In this document: piece by piece, positions 48,864 to 58,107 of the stretch
How the letters are laid out: every line of letters begins with the position of its first letter
Position numbering within the stretch: the first letter of the stretch is position 1
Source of the DNA: Candidatus Acetothermia bacterium
Lineage (GTDB): Bacteria; Bipolaricaulota; Bipolaricaulia; RBG-16-55-9
Assembly: GCA_016201405.1 (NCBI GenBank)
Contig: JACQCZ010000001.1
Span: forward strand, 8,432-72,431
Reading direction: 5' to 3'
DNA length: 64,000 bases
Translations under genes and position numbers: made by a program
The notes under the pieces: model-generated
Told to the model about the DNA's origin: nothing
The model's input: the letters and a program-made list of their open reading frames with translations, nothing else
Database searches by the model: none

Positions 48864-49981
48864 TGCGTTTGCTTTGATAAGAGAGCCCGAATTGCATTCC
48901 AACTCTGCGTCATTGCTTTTGAAGTCTCGCAGTACAGGGCTTCTCCTGCACACTCCAATGCCGCACGCTCTGCTTCATAGCACGACTCGATCTGCCGGAG
49001 CTGATCAACCAGATTGATCTTTCGCGATCCAATCTCATCAAAAGACCAGCAGCGGACCTCAAGACCTCCAGCGCGATTCACTTGTTGGACAAAGCGCTCC
49101 ACCTTCGGATCGCCTGGGATACCGACAAAAGGGCGCGCCGCAAGGAGTGAAAAGATAAGTGAATGAAGCCTCATTCCCACCATAAAACGCATCTGTTGGA
49201 TGCAATCTAGCACTCCGCGAAGGTCAGAAGCCGAAGGCTCTACGATCAATACGGGCGCTTTGATGAGGTTTTGGAGCTCCTCAAGCTCCTTGAGGTCTTT
49301 ATGCAAATGAAAAGAGATGAGGACTGGACTCAATCCCATCTCCGCATAAGCACGATCCAACTCGCTTGCGAGTGCGCGCATGGATGGACGAGAGAGAGAG
49401 CCGGAGAGAGTGACTCCAATAAACGGCGGCGTGCCAGGCAGTACCGGCTTCAGAGGCTCTCTCAGCGATGCCCACGCCGGCCAGGTGCGCATAATCAGGT
49501 CTGCTCCCGCAAAGATTTTCTCATCTGGAAGGCCCGTTTGGCGAACCCAATTGCGACTCGCCTCATCTCTCAACATGGCAAAGCCCACCCGGCGAAAGAC
49601 TCGTTTCGCAGTCCACTCGATAAACGGACTTTGGAGCGGGCCAATCCCCTGGCCAATCACAACAACCGGGCAGAACTTCATCGCCAATCTCATCAGACCC
49701 AAATAATAGAATGGCGAGCGGAGGCTGCTCCGGTCTTGGATGAGACCACCCCCTCCGCCAATAAACAGATCTGCACTCGAAAGCTCTCTCAAAATCTGAC
49801 GGAGACTCCAGCGGTTGATGGCCTTGACATGGTAGTGGCGAGTCGTCTCTTCGGGAGACTGGGATAGAACAACAAGCTCTGCTTCTGGAAACTCGCGGTG
49901 AAGCTCCTGAATCAGAACGGCGAGAATCACCTCATCGCCAAGGTTATCAAAGCCATAATATCCTGAAATTATGAACTTCAT
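48860..49981 (-). CDS. csaB: Polysaccharide pyruvyl transferase CsaB.
   Basis: MKFIISGYYGFDNLGDEVILAVLIQEL N-terminus is characteristic of CsaB. 373 aa. Confidence 0.8.
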   Translation of the reverse strand: MKFIISGYYGFDNLGDEVILAVLIQELHREFPEAELVVLSQSPEETTRHYHVKAINRWSLRQILRELSSADLFIGGGGGLIQDRSSLRSPFYYLGLMRLAMKFCPVVVIGQGIGPLQSPFIEWTAKRVFRRVGFAMLRDEASRNWVRQTGLPDEKIFAGADLIMRTWPAWASLREPLKPVLPGTPPFIGVTLSGSLSRPSMRALASELDRAYAEMGLSPVLISFHLHKDLKELEELQNLIKAPVLIVEPSASDLRGVLDCIQQMRFMVGMRLHSLIFSLLAARPFVGIPGDPKVERFVQQVNRAGGLEVRCWSFDEIGSRKINLVDQLRQIESCYEAERAALECAGEALYCETSKAMTQSWNAIRALLSKQTQ

Positions 49982-51591
49982 TGGCCGGGGTAGTCTACCG
50001 GTTGAGAATCGAAAATGCGATGTGCCAGTTTGAAGATGCCGTATGCAGCCAAGCCAATAATTGCCCCGATCCAGAGGCCATTGAAAACCCGCAGTAGCGT
50101 AAATAGCAAGGGAGTGTAAGGATGCAAAAAGCTGTTCAGAATAGAGACTTGACCCATCAGCCCAATGAGCAACAATCCTAGAGCCCAGGTGCGCTGGCGC
50201 ACAGCTAGTAAGAGACTGCCCCAGAGCCAGAGGGCAGGGTGGCCGATCAGAAGCTCCTTGAAGCGGGGGCGGGCGTAGAGCAGATTTTCCAATAAACCTC
50301 GCAGATCAAGCTCTTCGCTGCTGACAGGAAGAATTGAAAAATTCCCGCTGCGCAGCAATGCGATGGCCAAAAGCGCCGCCACTCCCGCGCCTAGCAGCCA
50401 ATCCTCGATGCGGAGTGAGCGAAGATCAAAATTACTGAGCTCGATCAAGCCAATCATTAAAATGGGGGCAATAAGAGCAAGTTTGATGCCACGAAAGGTC
50501 TCAATATCGAGTAGATAGAGGCTGTCTCCTAAGATTGCTGCTGCGAAGAGTCCGCCGATGATTGAGCTGATAGTAAAGCCCAACACCCAGCAGAGACTGC
50601 CTTTGATACCATGGGCGTGAGCAAGCCAATCTTTAAGAAATAGATAGGCTGCAATGGGAAAGAGAACAACAGCTATCCAGGCAAGCACCAGTCGCGTCTC
50701 GACTTCAAAGATCTGTAAGCCAGCAGCCGCTAGAATAAGAAAGATGAGATGGCTTAGAGAAATCAATCTGTTATTCTTTTGGAAGTGCTTTTGGGCAGCC
50801 CAAAAGAATAATCCTGCTAATCCCAACAAAAGCGGAATCAGCAAGAGCCAGTCAATCGAGAAGCGTATCTCACTCTGCGAGATCCCCAGTTGAAATCCCT
50901 GTTGTTTAAGCTCTTCCTTGAGCGACGAGAAGTCTGTCGTCACTTGATCGATGCTCACAGCCGGGATGGAGATGAGGCTGATGCTTCGCTCACGGACCGC
51001 TCTCATAAATCTCTCCAGCGTATCTTGAGAGCTCAGCTTGACGCGCTCTTCGGCCTTGAGGATGTGTGCTCTCATCAGATGTGACCCCTTTTTGTAAAAT
51101 TCACTGAGAGACGATGCCTCTTGAAACTCATCCCATGCCACAACAATTCGAGTAGAATCAAACATTCTGAATATAAGCTGCAGATTGACCGGAGAGCTGA
51201 GCAGTGGGTTTTGCATTAAGATCCCTTCTGTACTGAAGTCAGCCATCTGAACATATAGGGCTTGGAGCTTATCAAAGGGCACTAGAGAGTCGAGCTTCCA
51301 GATTATCTTGACTTTATGCAACGGGTCTCTGTCCTGTGTTGAAAGCTGGTCAAGCACTTGCGGAGAGAGAATCACAGAGTCAAGACCCATCTCTTGAAGT
51401 TTTGTCAAGATTGAATCAAAAGGCTGCGCTGCACCGGATGGATTTTGCAGCAGAGTATCAAGATTGACCGCAAGCTCAGCTTCCCGTTGCTCTCCTTCCC
51501 AACTTATGCGTGCAACGGTAATCCCCAAAACGACGAGGATTGAGATGCAGATACAGCTATAAAGAAGCTTGGAGAGGCTGCTCTTCAGCAC
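49978..51591 (-). CDS. Polytopic membrane protein with an about 230-aa N-terminal extracytoplasmic domain, translationally coupled to csaB. Possibly the DUF5693-type partner of CsaB.
   Basis: N-terminal signal anchor. Soluble domain. About 10 predicted TM helices (LLLIPLLLGLAGLFFWAA, LIFLILAAAGLQIF and others). The family assignment is from memory only. Confidence 0.5.
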   Translation of the reverse strand: MLKSSLSKLLYSCICISILVVLGITVARISWEGEQREAELAVNLDTLLQNPSGAAQPFDSILTKLQEMGLDSVILSPQVLDQLSTQDRDPLHKVKIIWKLDSLVPFDKLQALYVQMADFSTEGILMQNPLLSSPVNLQLIFRMFDSTRIVVAWDEFQEASSLSEFYKKGSHLMRAHILKAEERVKLSSQDTLERFMRAVRERSISLISIPAVSIDQVTTDFSSLKEELKQQGFQLGISQSEIRFSIDWLLLIPLLLGLAGLFFWAAQKHFQKNNRLISLSHLIFLILAAAGLQIFEVETRLVLAWIAVVLFPIAAYLFLKDWLAHAHGIKGSLCWVLGFTISSIIGGLFAAAILGDSLYLLDIETFRGIKLALIAPILMIGLIELSNFDLRSLRIEDWLLGAGVAALLAIALLRSGNFSILPVSSEELDLRGLLENLLYARPRFKELLIGHPALWLWGSLLLAVRQRTWALGLLLIGLMGQVSILNSFLHPYTPLLFTLLRVFNGLWIGAIIGLAAYGIFKLAHRIFDSQPVDYPGQ

Positions 51592-51794
51592 CTCATCAGT
51601 TTAGCGAACGAGAGAGCCTCAATGCGAAAGCTTAAATCTTGTCAACAGAGCAGTCTCAATGTGACAGCCATCACTCTCAACTCAGACGGACTTGGTCCCA
51701 CCCCTCTGCCAGGGGTCCTTCATTACATTCAAGCTGCCAAGTAAGCTTCGGGCGTGAAGATAACCGAGTACCCCTTTGTATGGGAGGAGAGTTC

Positions 51795-52271
51795 ATGCGT
51801 CATTCGATTGCATTGGGTTTAGCACTACTTTTTGTCGCATCGATCGGTTGGCTTGGCCATGCCGCTTCGCTGGAGGTTCAAGACCTCTCCGAAGGACACG
51901 GCCTTGGGTTTGGGCTTAGCCTGACCGCGCCATTTGCAGCACCAAACACATTCCCGGCTTCCGGTTTTAGCAGCCGGCTTTGGATCGCAAATCTCTTTGG
52001 ATTTGAAGCCTCAGTCTTTGTGGTGGATGGCGCACCCAGTTTTGCTGCCCGCAGCTTTATCAAGTTCATCAACACTTCACTCGTCGATCTCTACGTCGGA
52101 ACGGGAGCTGCATTCTTTGGGAGCGAAGGAAAACTGGTCGTTCCTCTTCAGGCCATGTCTGGCATCGAGATTCGTCTGAGTGAGCACATCGCCATCAATG
52201 CAGAGTTAGGGCTTCTGTTCCGTGGTGTCAGCGGCGTGACGGCCGGATTTAGCGCAGATTTCTATCTATAA
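51795..52271 (+). CDS. Small secreted beta-rich protein, possibly a small outer-membrane beta-barrel.
   Basis: SD GGGAGGAG plus ATG 51795. Signal peptide [25 protein letters not shown]. Alternating hydrophobic beta-strand pattern. Ends ...GFSADFYL. Confidence 0.4.
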   Translation: MRHSIALGLALLFVASIGWLGHAASLEVQDLSEGHGLGFGLSLTAPFAAPNTFPASGFSSRLWIANLFGFEASVFVVDGAPSFAARSFIKFINTSLVDLYVGTGAAFFGSEGKLVVPLQAMSGIEIRLSEHIAINAELGLLFRGVSGVTAGFSADFYL

Positions 52272-52331
52272 GAACAAGCTCCACTTCTTCTCCACCGGTT
52301 TGCCTGCATTGCGGGCAATTCGTTATGATGA

Positions 52332-52357
52332 CCGTGCTCTCCTCATCGGGAGCACGG
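52332..52357 (+). promoter_or_regulatory. Hairpin CCGTGCTC-N10-GAGCACGG in the recA 5' leader. It overlaps the SD.
   Basis: Perfect 8-bp inverted repeat (extendable to about 10 bp with a 6-nt loop) ending 9 nt before the recA ATG. The SD GGGAGCA lies within the right arm. Confidence 0.35.
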
Positions 52358-52365
52358 AATTTTTT

Positions 52366-53433
52366 ATGGCCAAAAAAGAAGTCCTCAACTCTGTTTTAGA
52401 ACAGATCAAAAAGCGCTATGGCGAAGGCTCCATCATGTGGCTCGGTGGCTCAGAGCACCTAGCCGTCGACACAATCCCTACCGGCTCGTTAGCACTTGAT
52501 ATCGCACTTGGAATCGGCGGCATCCCGCGTGGACGGATCATCGAAGTCTTTGGTCCTGAATCTTCTGGCAAGACTTCGCTTGCGCTGCATTTGATTGCCG
52601 AAGCTCAGAAACTGGGCGGGTCGGCTGCGTTTATCGACGCGGAGCATGCGCTCGACCCCAAGTATGCGCAGGCGATTGGTGTCAATCTGGCTGAGCTCCT
52701 GCTCAGCCAGCCCAATTCCGGAGAGCAAGCGCTAGAGATCACAGAGCACCTGGTGCGTAGCGGAGCGGTTGAGGTGATTGTGATTGACTCCGTGGCGGCA
52801 CTCGTTCCAGAAGCGGAGATTGCTGGAGCGATGGGCGATGCCCAAGTCGGCCTGCAAGCCCGGCTCATGAGCCAGGCGATGAGAAAGCTCTCAGGCGCTA
52901 TTCATCAGTCAAACACAACCGTCTTATTCATCAATCAGATTCGCTCGATGATCAGTGCTGGGCCTTGGGGGCCATCGACTACGACGTCAGGGGGCTTGGC
53001 GCTCAAGTTCTATACCTCAGTTCGTCTAGAAATAAAGCGCATCGGCTCCATTGAAGAGAACCATGAAAAGATTGGCAATGAGACACTGGTTCGGGTCGTA
53101 AAGAATAAATTGGCTCCGCCATTCAAAGAGGCAAAGTTTGACATTCTTTATGGCAAAGGCATCGCGCATGAGCGTGAGCTTCTCAAAGTGGGGGAGCAAT
53201 ATGGAATTATCAAGAAGAGTGGTGCGAGATACTCCCACGCGGAGAGGCAGCTCGGGCAAGGCATTGCCAACTGCGCTGAGGCATTGCGAAATGACTCCGC
53301 ACTCGGCCAGAAGATTGCAGAAGAGATTCGGATAAAAGCAGGCTTGGTCAATAGCCAGCCAAGCGAAAATTCTTCAACCTCAGCTGATGAGAAATCAACA
53401 CCAGCTCCAGCCCGAAAACCCGCAGGCAAGTGA
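52366..53433 (+). CDS. recA: Recombinase RecA. Start at MAKKEV, not at the longest-ORF start 52300.
   Basis: GSIMWLGG...[39 protein letters not shown]. Low-complexity C-terminal tail. Confidence 0.95.
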   Translation: MAKKEVLNSVLEQIKKRYGEGSIMWLGGSEHLAVDTIPTGSLALDIALGIGGIPRGRIIEVFGPESSGKTSLALHLIAEAQKLGGSAAFIDAEHALDPKYAQAIGVNLAELLLSQPNSGEQALEITEHLVRSGAVEVIVIDSVAALVPEAEIAGAMGDAQVGLQARLMSQAMRKLSGAIHQSNTTVLFINQIRSMISAGPWGPSTTTSGGLALKFYTSVRLEIKRIGSIEENHEKIGNETLVRVVKNKLAPPFKEAKFDILYGKGIAHERELLKVGEQYGIIKKSGARYSHAERQLGQGIANCAEALRNDSALGQKIAEEIRIKAGLVNSQPSENSSTSADEKSTPAPARKPAGK

Positions 53434-53893
53434 GCTAAAGCGTGCTCGCCAGCGCCTGCTTTATCTGCTCAGCCGCAAGCCACATTCGATCTATGAGACG
53501 AGACGTAAACTCCGAATTGCTGGCTTCTCCGCGACCACGATTGATGAGATTATTCATGAAGCGACGGAGATGGGCTGGCTTGATGACCAGGCGTACGCCA
53601 AGCTCTGGGTGCACGACCGGCTTTCGCACAAGCCAAAGGGAAAAGCCTTGCTCAAAAAAGAGCTGCGGGAAAAGGGCGTTGCAGAGACCCAAATAGAGAC
53701 GGTTTTGAATGATGCGGCCATTGACGAGCCTGCTCTGATCGGGCAGCTTGTCACCGAGCAGATGGCCCGTCATCAGAACGACGATCCAGCCAACCGCAAG
53801 CGTAAACTCTACGGCTATTTACAGCGCCGGGGGTTTTCACCCGATGCCATCCGGCGAGCTATGGAGAATCTTGGAGATGCCAATGACTCGTAG
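53387..53893 (+). CDS. recX: Recombination regulator RecX. Its 5' end overlaps the recA tail by 47 nt.
   Basis: [23 protein letters not shown] and repeated three-helix units. 168 aa. Confidence 0.8.
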   Translation: MRNQHQLQPENPQASELKRARQRLLYLLSRKPHSIYETRRKLRIAGFSATTIDEIIHEATEMGWLDDQAYAKLWVHDRLSHKPKGKALLKKELREKGVAETQIETVLNDAAIDEPALIGQLVTEQMARHQNDDPANRKRKLYGYLQRRGFSPDAIRRAMENLGDANDS

Positions 53894-54455
53894 ATGTGAG
53901 TGGCCAAAGACCAATGAATTGATGATTGAATACCATGACAAAGAATGGGGCGTACCCGTTCATGATGACCGGAAGCTCTTTGAGTTTTTGGTGCTGGACG
54001 CCTTTCAGGCGGGGCTAAGCTGGTCCACAATTCTGAACAAGCGTGAGAATTTTCGAAAGGCCTTCAGCAATTTTGATGCCGCAAAGATCGCCCGATTCAA
54101 TGCCACCAAAATGGACAAGCTTTTAAATGACGCTGGCATCATTCGCAACAAATTGAAGATCCATGCCACGATTGAAAACTCAAAATTGTTCCTGAAGACT
54201 CAGGAAAAGCTAGGGAGCTTTGACCGTTATATCTGGCAGTTTGTGAATGGCAAGACCAAGATCAACAAATTCACAACTTCCAAACAGATCCCACCCACCT
54301 CCAAGGAGTCAGACGCCATGAGCAAAGACTTGAAAGAGCGCGGCTTCAAGTTTGTCGGCTCAACAATTTGCTATGCCTTTATGCAGGCTGCCGGCCTTGT
54401 CAATGATCATTTGGTGGACTGCTATCGTTACGATGAAGTGACAAATTTCAAATGA
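53877..54455 (+). CDS. tag: DNA-3-methyladenine glycosylase I (Tag). Start at MPMTRRCEW, not at the longest-ORF start 53748.
   Basis: [48 protein letters not shown] is characteristic of Tag. Confidence 0.85.
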   Translation: MPMTRRCEWPKTNELMIEYHDKEWGVPVHDDRKLFEFLVLDAFQAGLSWSTILNKRENFRKAFSNFDAAKIARFNATKMDKLLNDAGIIRNKLKIHATIENSKLFLKTQEKLGSFDRYIWQFVNGKTKINKFTTSKQIPPTSKESDAMSKDLKERGFKFVGSTICYAFMQAAGLVNDHLVDCYRYDEVTNFK

Positions 54456-54901
54456 GCAGTTACAGGAAAAGCTTTGAGATTCGCTGGTCTGATGTCGATC
54501 CCAATGGCCACGCCCGCCACACCAGCTATAGCGATTATGCCGCGCATGTGCGTTTTGGCTTTATGTTTGAGCATGGCATCTCCTATGAGCGCCTAGAGGC
54601 AATGGGCGTTGGTCCTGTCATTCTCAAAGAAGAGCTCGACTATCTGCGCGAGACCAAGCTGAGCGAGAAGATCGAGATTGAGTACAGCTCGCTCGGGCTC
54701 TCCAAAGATGGCTCACACTGGAAGCTGCGCCACGACATCTTCAACTCCTCCGGGAAGCGCTCCGTGAGAATCACCTTGAGCGGCGGATGGATCGATATGA
54801 AAAGCCGCAAGCTCATTGTCCCGCCCGATGAGCTCTTTCAGATCTTCCAAAAAATCCCGCAGGAGAAGAATTTTAGAGAGCTTCCTCCACTCGTCCGATA
54901 A
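54452..54901 (+). CDS. Hot-dog-fold acyl-CoA thioesterase (4HBT/YbgC-like).
   Basis: FEIRWSDVDPNGHARHTSYSDYAAHVRF matches the 4HBT thioesterase N-terminal pattern. 149 aa. Confidence 0.6.
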   Translation: MSSYRKSFEIRWSDVDPNGHARHTSYSDYAAHVRFGFMFEHGISYERLEAMGVGPVILKEELDYLRETKLSEKIEIEYSSLGLSKDGSHWKLRHDIFNSSGKRSVRITLSGGWIDMKSRKLIVPPDELFQIFQKIPQEKNFRELPPLVR

Positions 54902-54944
54902 CTTGCAATTTGAAATTCTCAAGAAGTTTATTCATACTCCAGCC

Positions 54945-55613
54945 ATGCCTCTACAGAGACCGCAGATTGAAGAGATATTGAAGGAGAACGAGACCCATCA
55001 ATGTTTGCCGGCAGAGACATGTGTCAAGATCGTTGCCATTGCCGATCTTCCATCGCGCTTTGGCCATTTCCAGGTCATTGCGTTTTATAACAACCTTGAT
55101 GACAAAGAACATGCAGTCTTTGTCAAAGGAGATGTAGTCGGGAAGGAGGATGTGCCGGTTCGCTTGCATTCAGAATGCCTCACGGGAGATGCCGTCGGAT
55201 CACTGAGGTGCGATTGCCGCGATCAATTAGAAGAATCACTCCGGTATATCGGAAACCTGGACAATGGACTCCTGCTCTATTTGCGTCAAGAGGGGCGCGG
55301 GATCGGTTTTATCAACAAGATCAAAGCATACCAGCTACAAGACTTCGGGTACGATACGGTTGAGGCCAACGAAATGCTCGGTTTCAAAGCGGACGAGCGC
55401 GAGTATAAGATCGCTGCTCACATGCTCTATTCCCTGAAAGTAAAGTCCATCAAGCTGATCACAAACAATCCAGAGAAGATCAAGAGTCTGGAGCAATACG
55501 GCATCAAAGTCGCAAAGCGCGTGCCCATTGTCATTGAGCCCAACGAGTTCAACCGCTTCTATCTCGAAACGAAGAGGCAGAAGTCGGGGCACCTGCTCGA
55601 TCAGAAAGAATAG
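54945..55613 (+). CDS. ribA: GTP cyclohydrolase II (RibA). Start at MPLQRPQ, not at the longest-ORF start 54816.
   Basis: VRLHSECLTGDAVGSLRCDCRDQLEESL zinc-binding motif. YLRQEGRGIGFINKIKAY. Confidence 0.88.
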   Translation: MPLQRPQIEEILKENETHQCLPAETCVKIVAIADLPSRFGHFQVIAFYNNLDDKEHAVFVKGDVVGKEDVPVRLHSECLTGDAVGSLRCDCRDQLEESLRYIGNLDNGLLLYLRQEGRGIGFINKIKAYQLQDFGYDTVEANEMLGFKADEREYKIAAHMLYSLKVKSIKLITNNPEKIKSLEQYGIKVAKRVPIVIEPNEFNRFYLETKRQKSGHLLDQKE

Positions 55614-55618
55614 ATGAA

Positions 55619-56701
55619 CTACATCATTTGAGCCAGCAGCAAAATATCACTGAGCACCCCAGATGCCGTGAGTCTGGGTCCAGAGCCTCGGCCTCGCACA
55701 ATCAGGGGCGGGCTATAGCGCTCACTCTCAAAGGCCAAAACGCTATCTGCGAGACTTGCACGAATAAGATCGTCATGGGCTGCCAGTCTTTGAAGACTCG
55801 CTTTGCAACGCCCATCAGCCACTTCGATCACATAGCGCAACCTCAAGTTTTGTGACTGAGTCTCTTGCGAGAGCTTGGCATAGCGAGAATCCAGCTCTGG
55901 CAGCTTTTGCATAAATTCATCAATGCTCAATGCATCCCACTCTTTTGGATAGAGCGATTCGGCCACGACATCTTTGAATTCAAGCGGATATCCAAGCAGA
56001 CGAGCCAAGATGAGCGCTTTACGAGCGGCATCACGGCCACCCACATCTTCGCGGGGATCGGGCTCCGTATGGCCGTGAGCTTTGGCATCGCGGATGATCT
56101 CAGAGAATTTCTCGCTCTTTTCAAGGCGCTGACAGACGATATTGAGCGTTCCAGAGACACAGCCTCGAATACTTTTTATGTTGTCGCCCGTATCCAGCAG
56201 ATAGAGCTGTAACGTTGAGATGACCGGCAAAGCGGCCGCCACAGTCGTCTCGAAGCGTGTCAATCTGGATTCTGTCAATTCTTGAAAGAGCTTCAAGGAA
56301 CCAGCAAGCGGGAGTTTATTGGCAAGAACAATGCCCCAATCTCGTCTTCTTGCTTCTTGCAGAACTGGTATTGGCTGATCACTGGCTGAAACGTCAATGA
56401 CTATGACATTTTTTGATTTGATCTGATTCAAGAGTTGGATATCGCCATTCCAGACTTGCCCATTACGCATCTCTCGCAATCGCCCTTTGCTGGTCTTTGA
56501 ATCAGTATATATTGCAAGCTCTTGATCTGAGAATCCTGATTTTTTTAGAATCAGCCCATCTGAATCTGACAAGGCAACATAGTTAAGTCTCACGCCCAGC
56601 TGCCGGGCATGGCGCTCCCGGTTCTCAATCACTTGCTGAACGAGTGCGCGCCCTACGCCGCCAAGTCCCAATTGGATCAACGAGATTCTTTTTAGACTCA
56701 T
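55619..56701 (-). CDS. hom: Homoserine dehydrogenase (short form, no ACT domain).
   Basis: NAD-binding LGLGGVGRALV. Catalytic-domain motif GHTEPDPREDVGGRDAARKALILARLLG. 360 aa. Confidence 0.8.
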   Translation of the reverse strand: MSLKRISLIQLGLGGVGRALVQQVIENRERHARQLGVRLNYVALSDSDGLILKKSGFSDQELAIYTDSKTSKGRLREMRNGQVWNGDIQLLNQIKSKNVIVIDVSASDQPIPVLQEARRRDWGIVLANKLPLAGSLKLFQELTESRLTRFETTVAAALPVISTLQLYLLDTGDNIKSIRGCVSGTLNIVCQRLEKSEKFSEIIRDAKAHGHTEPDPREDVGGRDAARKALILARLLGYPLEFKDVVAESLYPKEWDALSIDEFMQKLPELDSRYAKLSQETQSQNLRLRYVIEVADGRCKASLQRLAAHDDLIRASLADSVLAFESERYSPPLIVRGRGSGPRLTASGVLSDILLLAQMM

Positions 56702-58104
56702 GGTGCCCGACTCAGCTCAAATTCTTGGTGAATTTCTCGAATCGCTTTTTCGGCATCTTTCTCAAGCACCACGATAGATAGATTGTGCTCCGAAGAGCCC
56801 TGGGCGATTGAGCGAACGTTGACATTACAGCGCCCCAGCGCCCCGAAGACTCGGCCAAAGATTCCCGGTGTATCCTTCACGCCCATCCCCACGGCTGTAA
56901 TGATCACAATGCCGCTCTCGGCGTGGATGCGGTCGATATTGCGTCGCTCCAGCTCCCGCTCAAAGATCTCGTTTAGTGCTTTGACAGCGCGATCGGTGCT
57001 CCTCTCTTCCACCACAAAGCAGATGCTCTGCTCTGACGAGGATTGAGAGATCATCAAGACGTTGATATTCTCATGGGCCACAGCTGTAAATACTTTCGCC
57101 GCCACACCTGGAACTCCGAGCATCCCGCGCCCTTCGATGTTGACCTGGCTCAGTTTTTTGACAAACGTTATCGCTTTGATGGTGCGCCCATCTTCAGCCG
57201 CATCCTTGAAGATCTTGGTGCCTGGATTGTCTGGCTCAAAGGTATTCAAAATTTTAAGGGGAATAGACTTCTCAACAGCAGGGCGAATTGTCTTTGAGTG
57301 CAGCACTTTGGCTCCAAAATAGGAGAGCTCAGCCGCCTCTTCATAGGAAAGCTCATCTATGGTGCGAGCATCCTTCACGACTCGCGGATCTGCAGTCATC
57401 ACCCCATTGACATCCGTCCAGATCTCAATCTCCTCGGCTTCGAGCAGCGCGCCAAAGATGGCAGCGGAGTAGTCGCTGCCTCCACGTCCCAGCGTTGTGA
57501 CAAGTCCAGACTCTGTTGATCCAATGAACCCCTGAGTGACAGGAATCTTCTTCTGTCTGATGAGGGGAAGTATTGTTTTTTTGGTGCGCTCTTCACAGAT
57601 GATCATGATCGGGCTGGCCTGTGTGAAGCGCTCATCCGTGATTAAAATTTTCCTGGCATCAACTCGCTCGGCACCTAGGCCACGCTCTTGCATGGCAGCC
57701 GTCATAATCAATGTCGACATGTGCTCGCCATACGAGAGCACGGCATCGAGTGAGCGCGGAGTCAGCTCACCCAAGATAGCCAAGCCCTTCAGAAGCATCC
57801 GAATCTCTTGAAAATGCTTCTCCAACGAGTCATCTAAAATCTTGCGTCTCTTCGAGTCTTTTATCAGCTCTCTTGTCGCGAGAGTGTGCCGCTCAATGAC
57901 GTCCTTTTCAAAAGTCTCTAGGGCTCTTTTCTCGTCACCCTGATGAGCCTCCTCGGCTGCACAGACGAGAGCATCTGTGACTCCAGACATGGCCGACAGC
58001 ACGACGAGCGGCTTGCTGGCGATTCGGGACTGGACAATCTCAATGACTCGGGCCATCATGCCAGCATCTTTGACGGAGGTGCCGCCAAATTTCATCACAA
58101 TCAT
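56698..58104 (-). CDS. lysC: Aspartate kinase with C-terminal ACT domains.
   Basis: MIVMKFGGTSVKD. Amino-acid-kinase fold. Two ACT-like C-terminal repeats. 468 aa. Confidence 0.88.
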   Translation of the reverse strand: MIVMKFGGTSVKDAGMMARVIEIVQSRIASKPLVVLSAMSGVTDALVCAAEEAHQGDEKRALETFEKDVIERHTLATRELIKDSKRRKILDDSLEKHFQEIRMLLKGLAILGELTPRSLDAVLSYGEHMSTLIMTAAMQERGLGAERVDARKILITDERFTQASPIMIICEERTKKTILPLIRQKKIPVTQGFIGSTESGLVTTLGRGGSDYSAAIFGALLEAEEIEIWTDVNGVMTADPRVVKDARTIDELSYEEAAELSYFGAKVLHSKTIRPAVEKSIPLKILNTFEPDNPGTKIFKDAAEDGRTIKAITFVKKLSQVNIEGRGMLGVPGVAAKVFTAVAHENINVLMISQSSSEQSICFVVEERSTDRAVKALNEIFERELERRNIDRIHAESGIVIITAVGMGVKDTPGIFGRVFGALGRCNVNVRSIAQGSSEHNLSIVVLEKDAEKAIREIHQEFELSRAP

Positions 58105-58107
58105 AAT

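Noticed and set aside
49271-49867. 198-aa ORF antisense to csaB. Similar antisense ORFs lie within the S55 peptidase gene (14438..15004, 15455..16195), the 7-domain CARDB gene (23440..23988, 24604..25176) and the T9SS cargo gene (61720..62313).
   Set aside because: All are embedded in well-supported genes on the opposite strand. Their translations are Arg/Ser/Cys-rich nonsense with no start signals.
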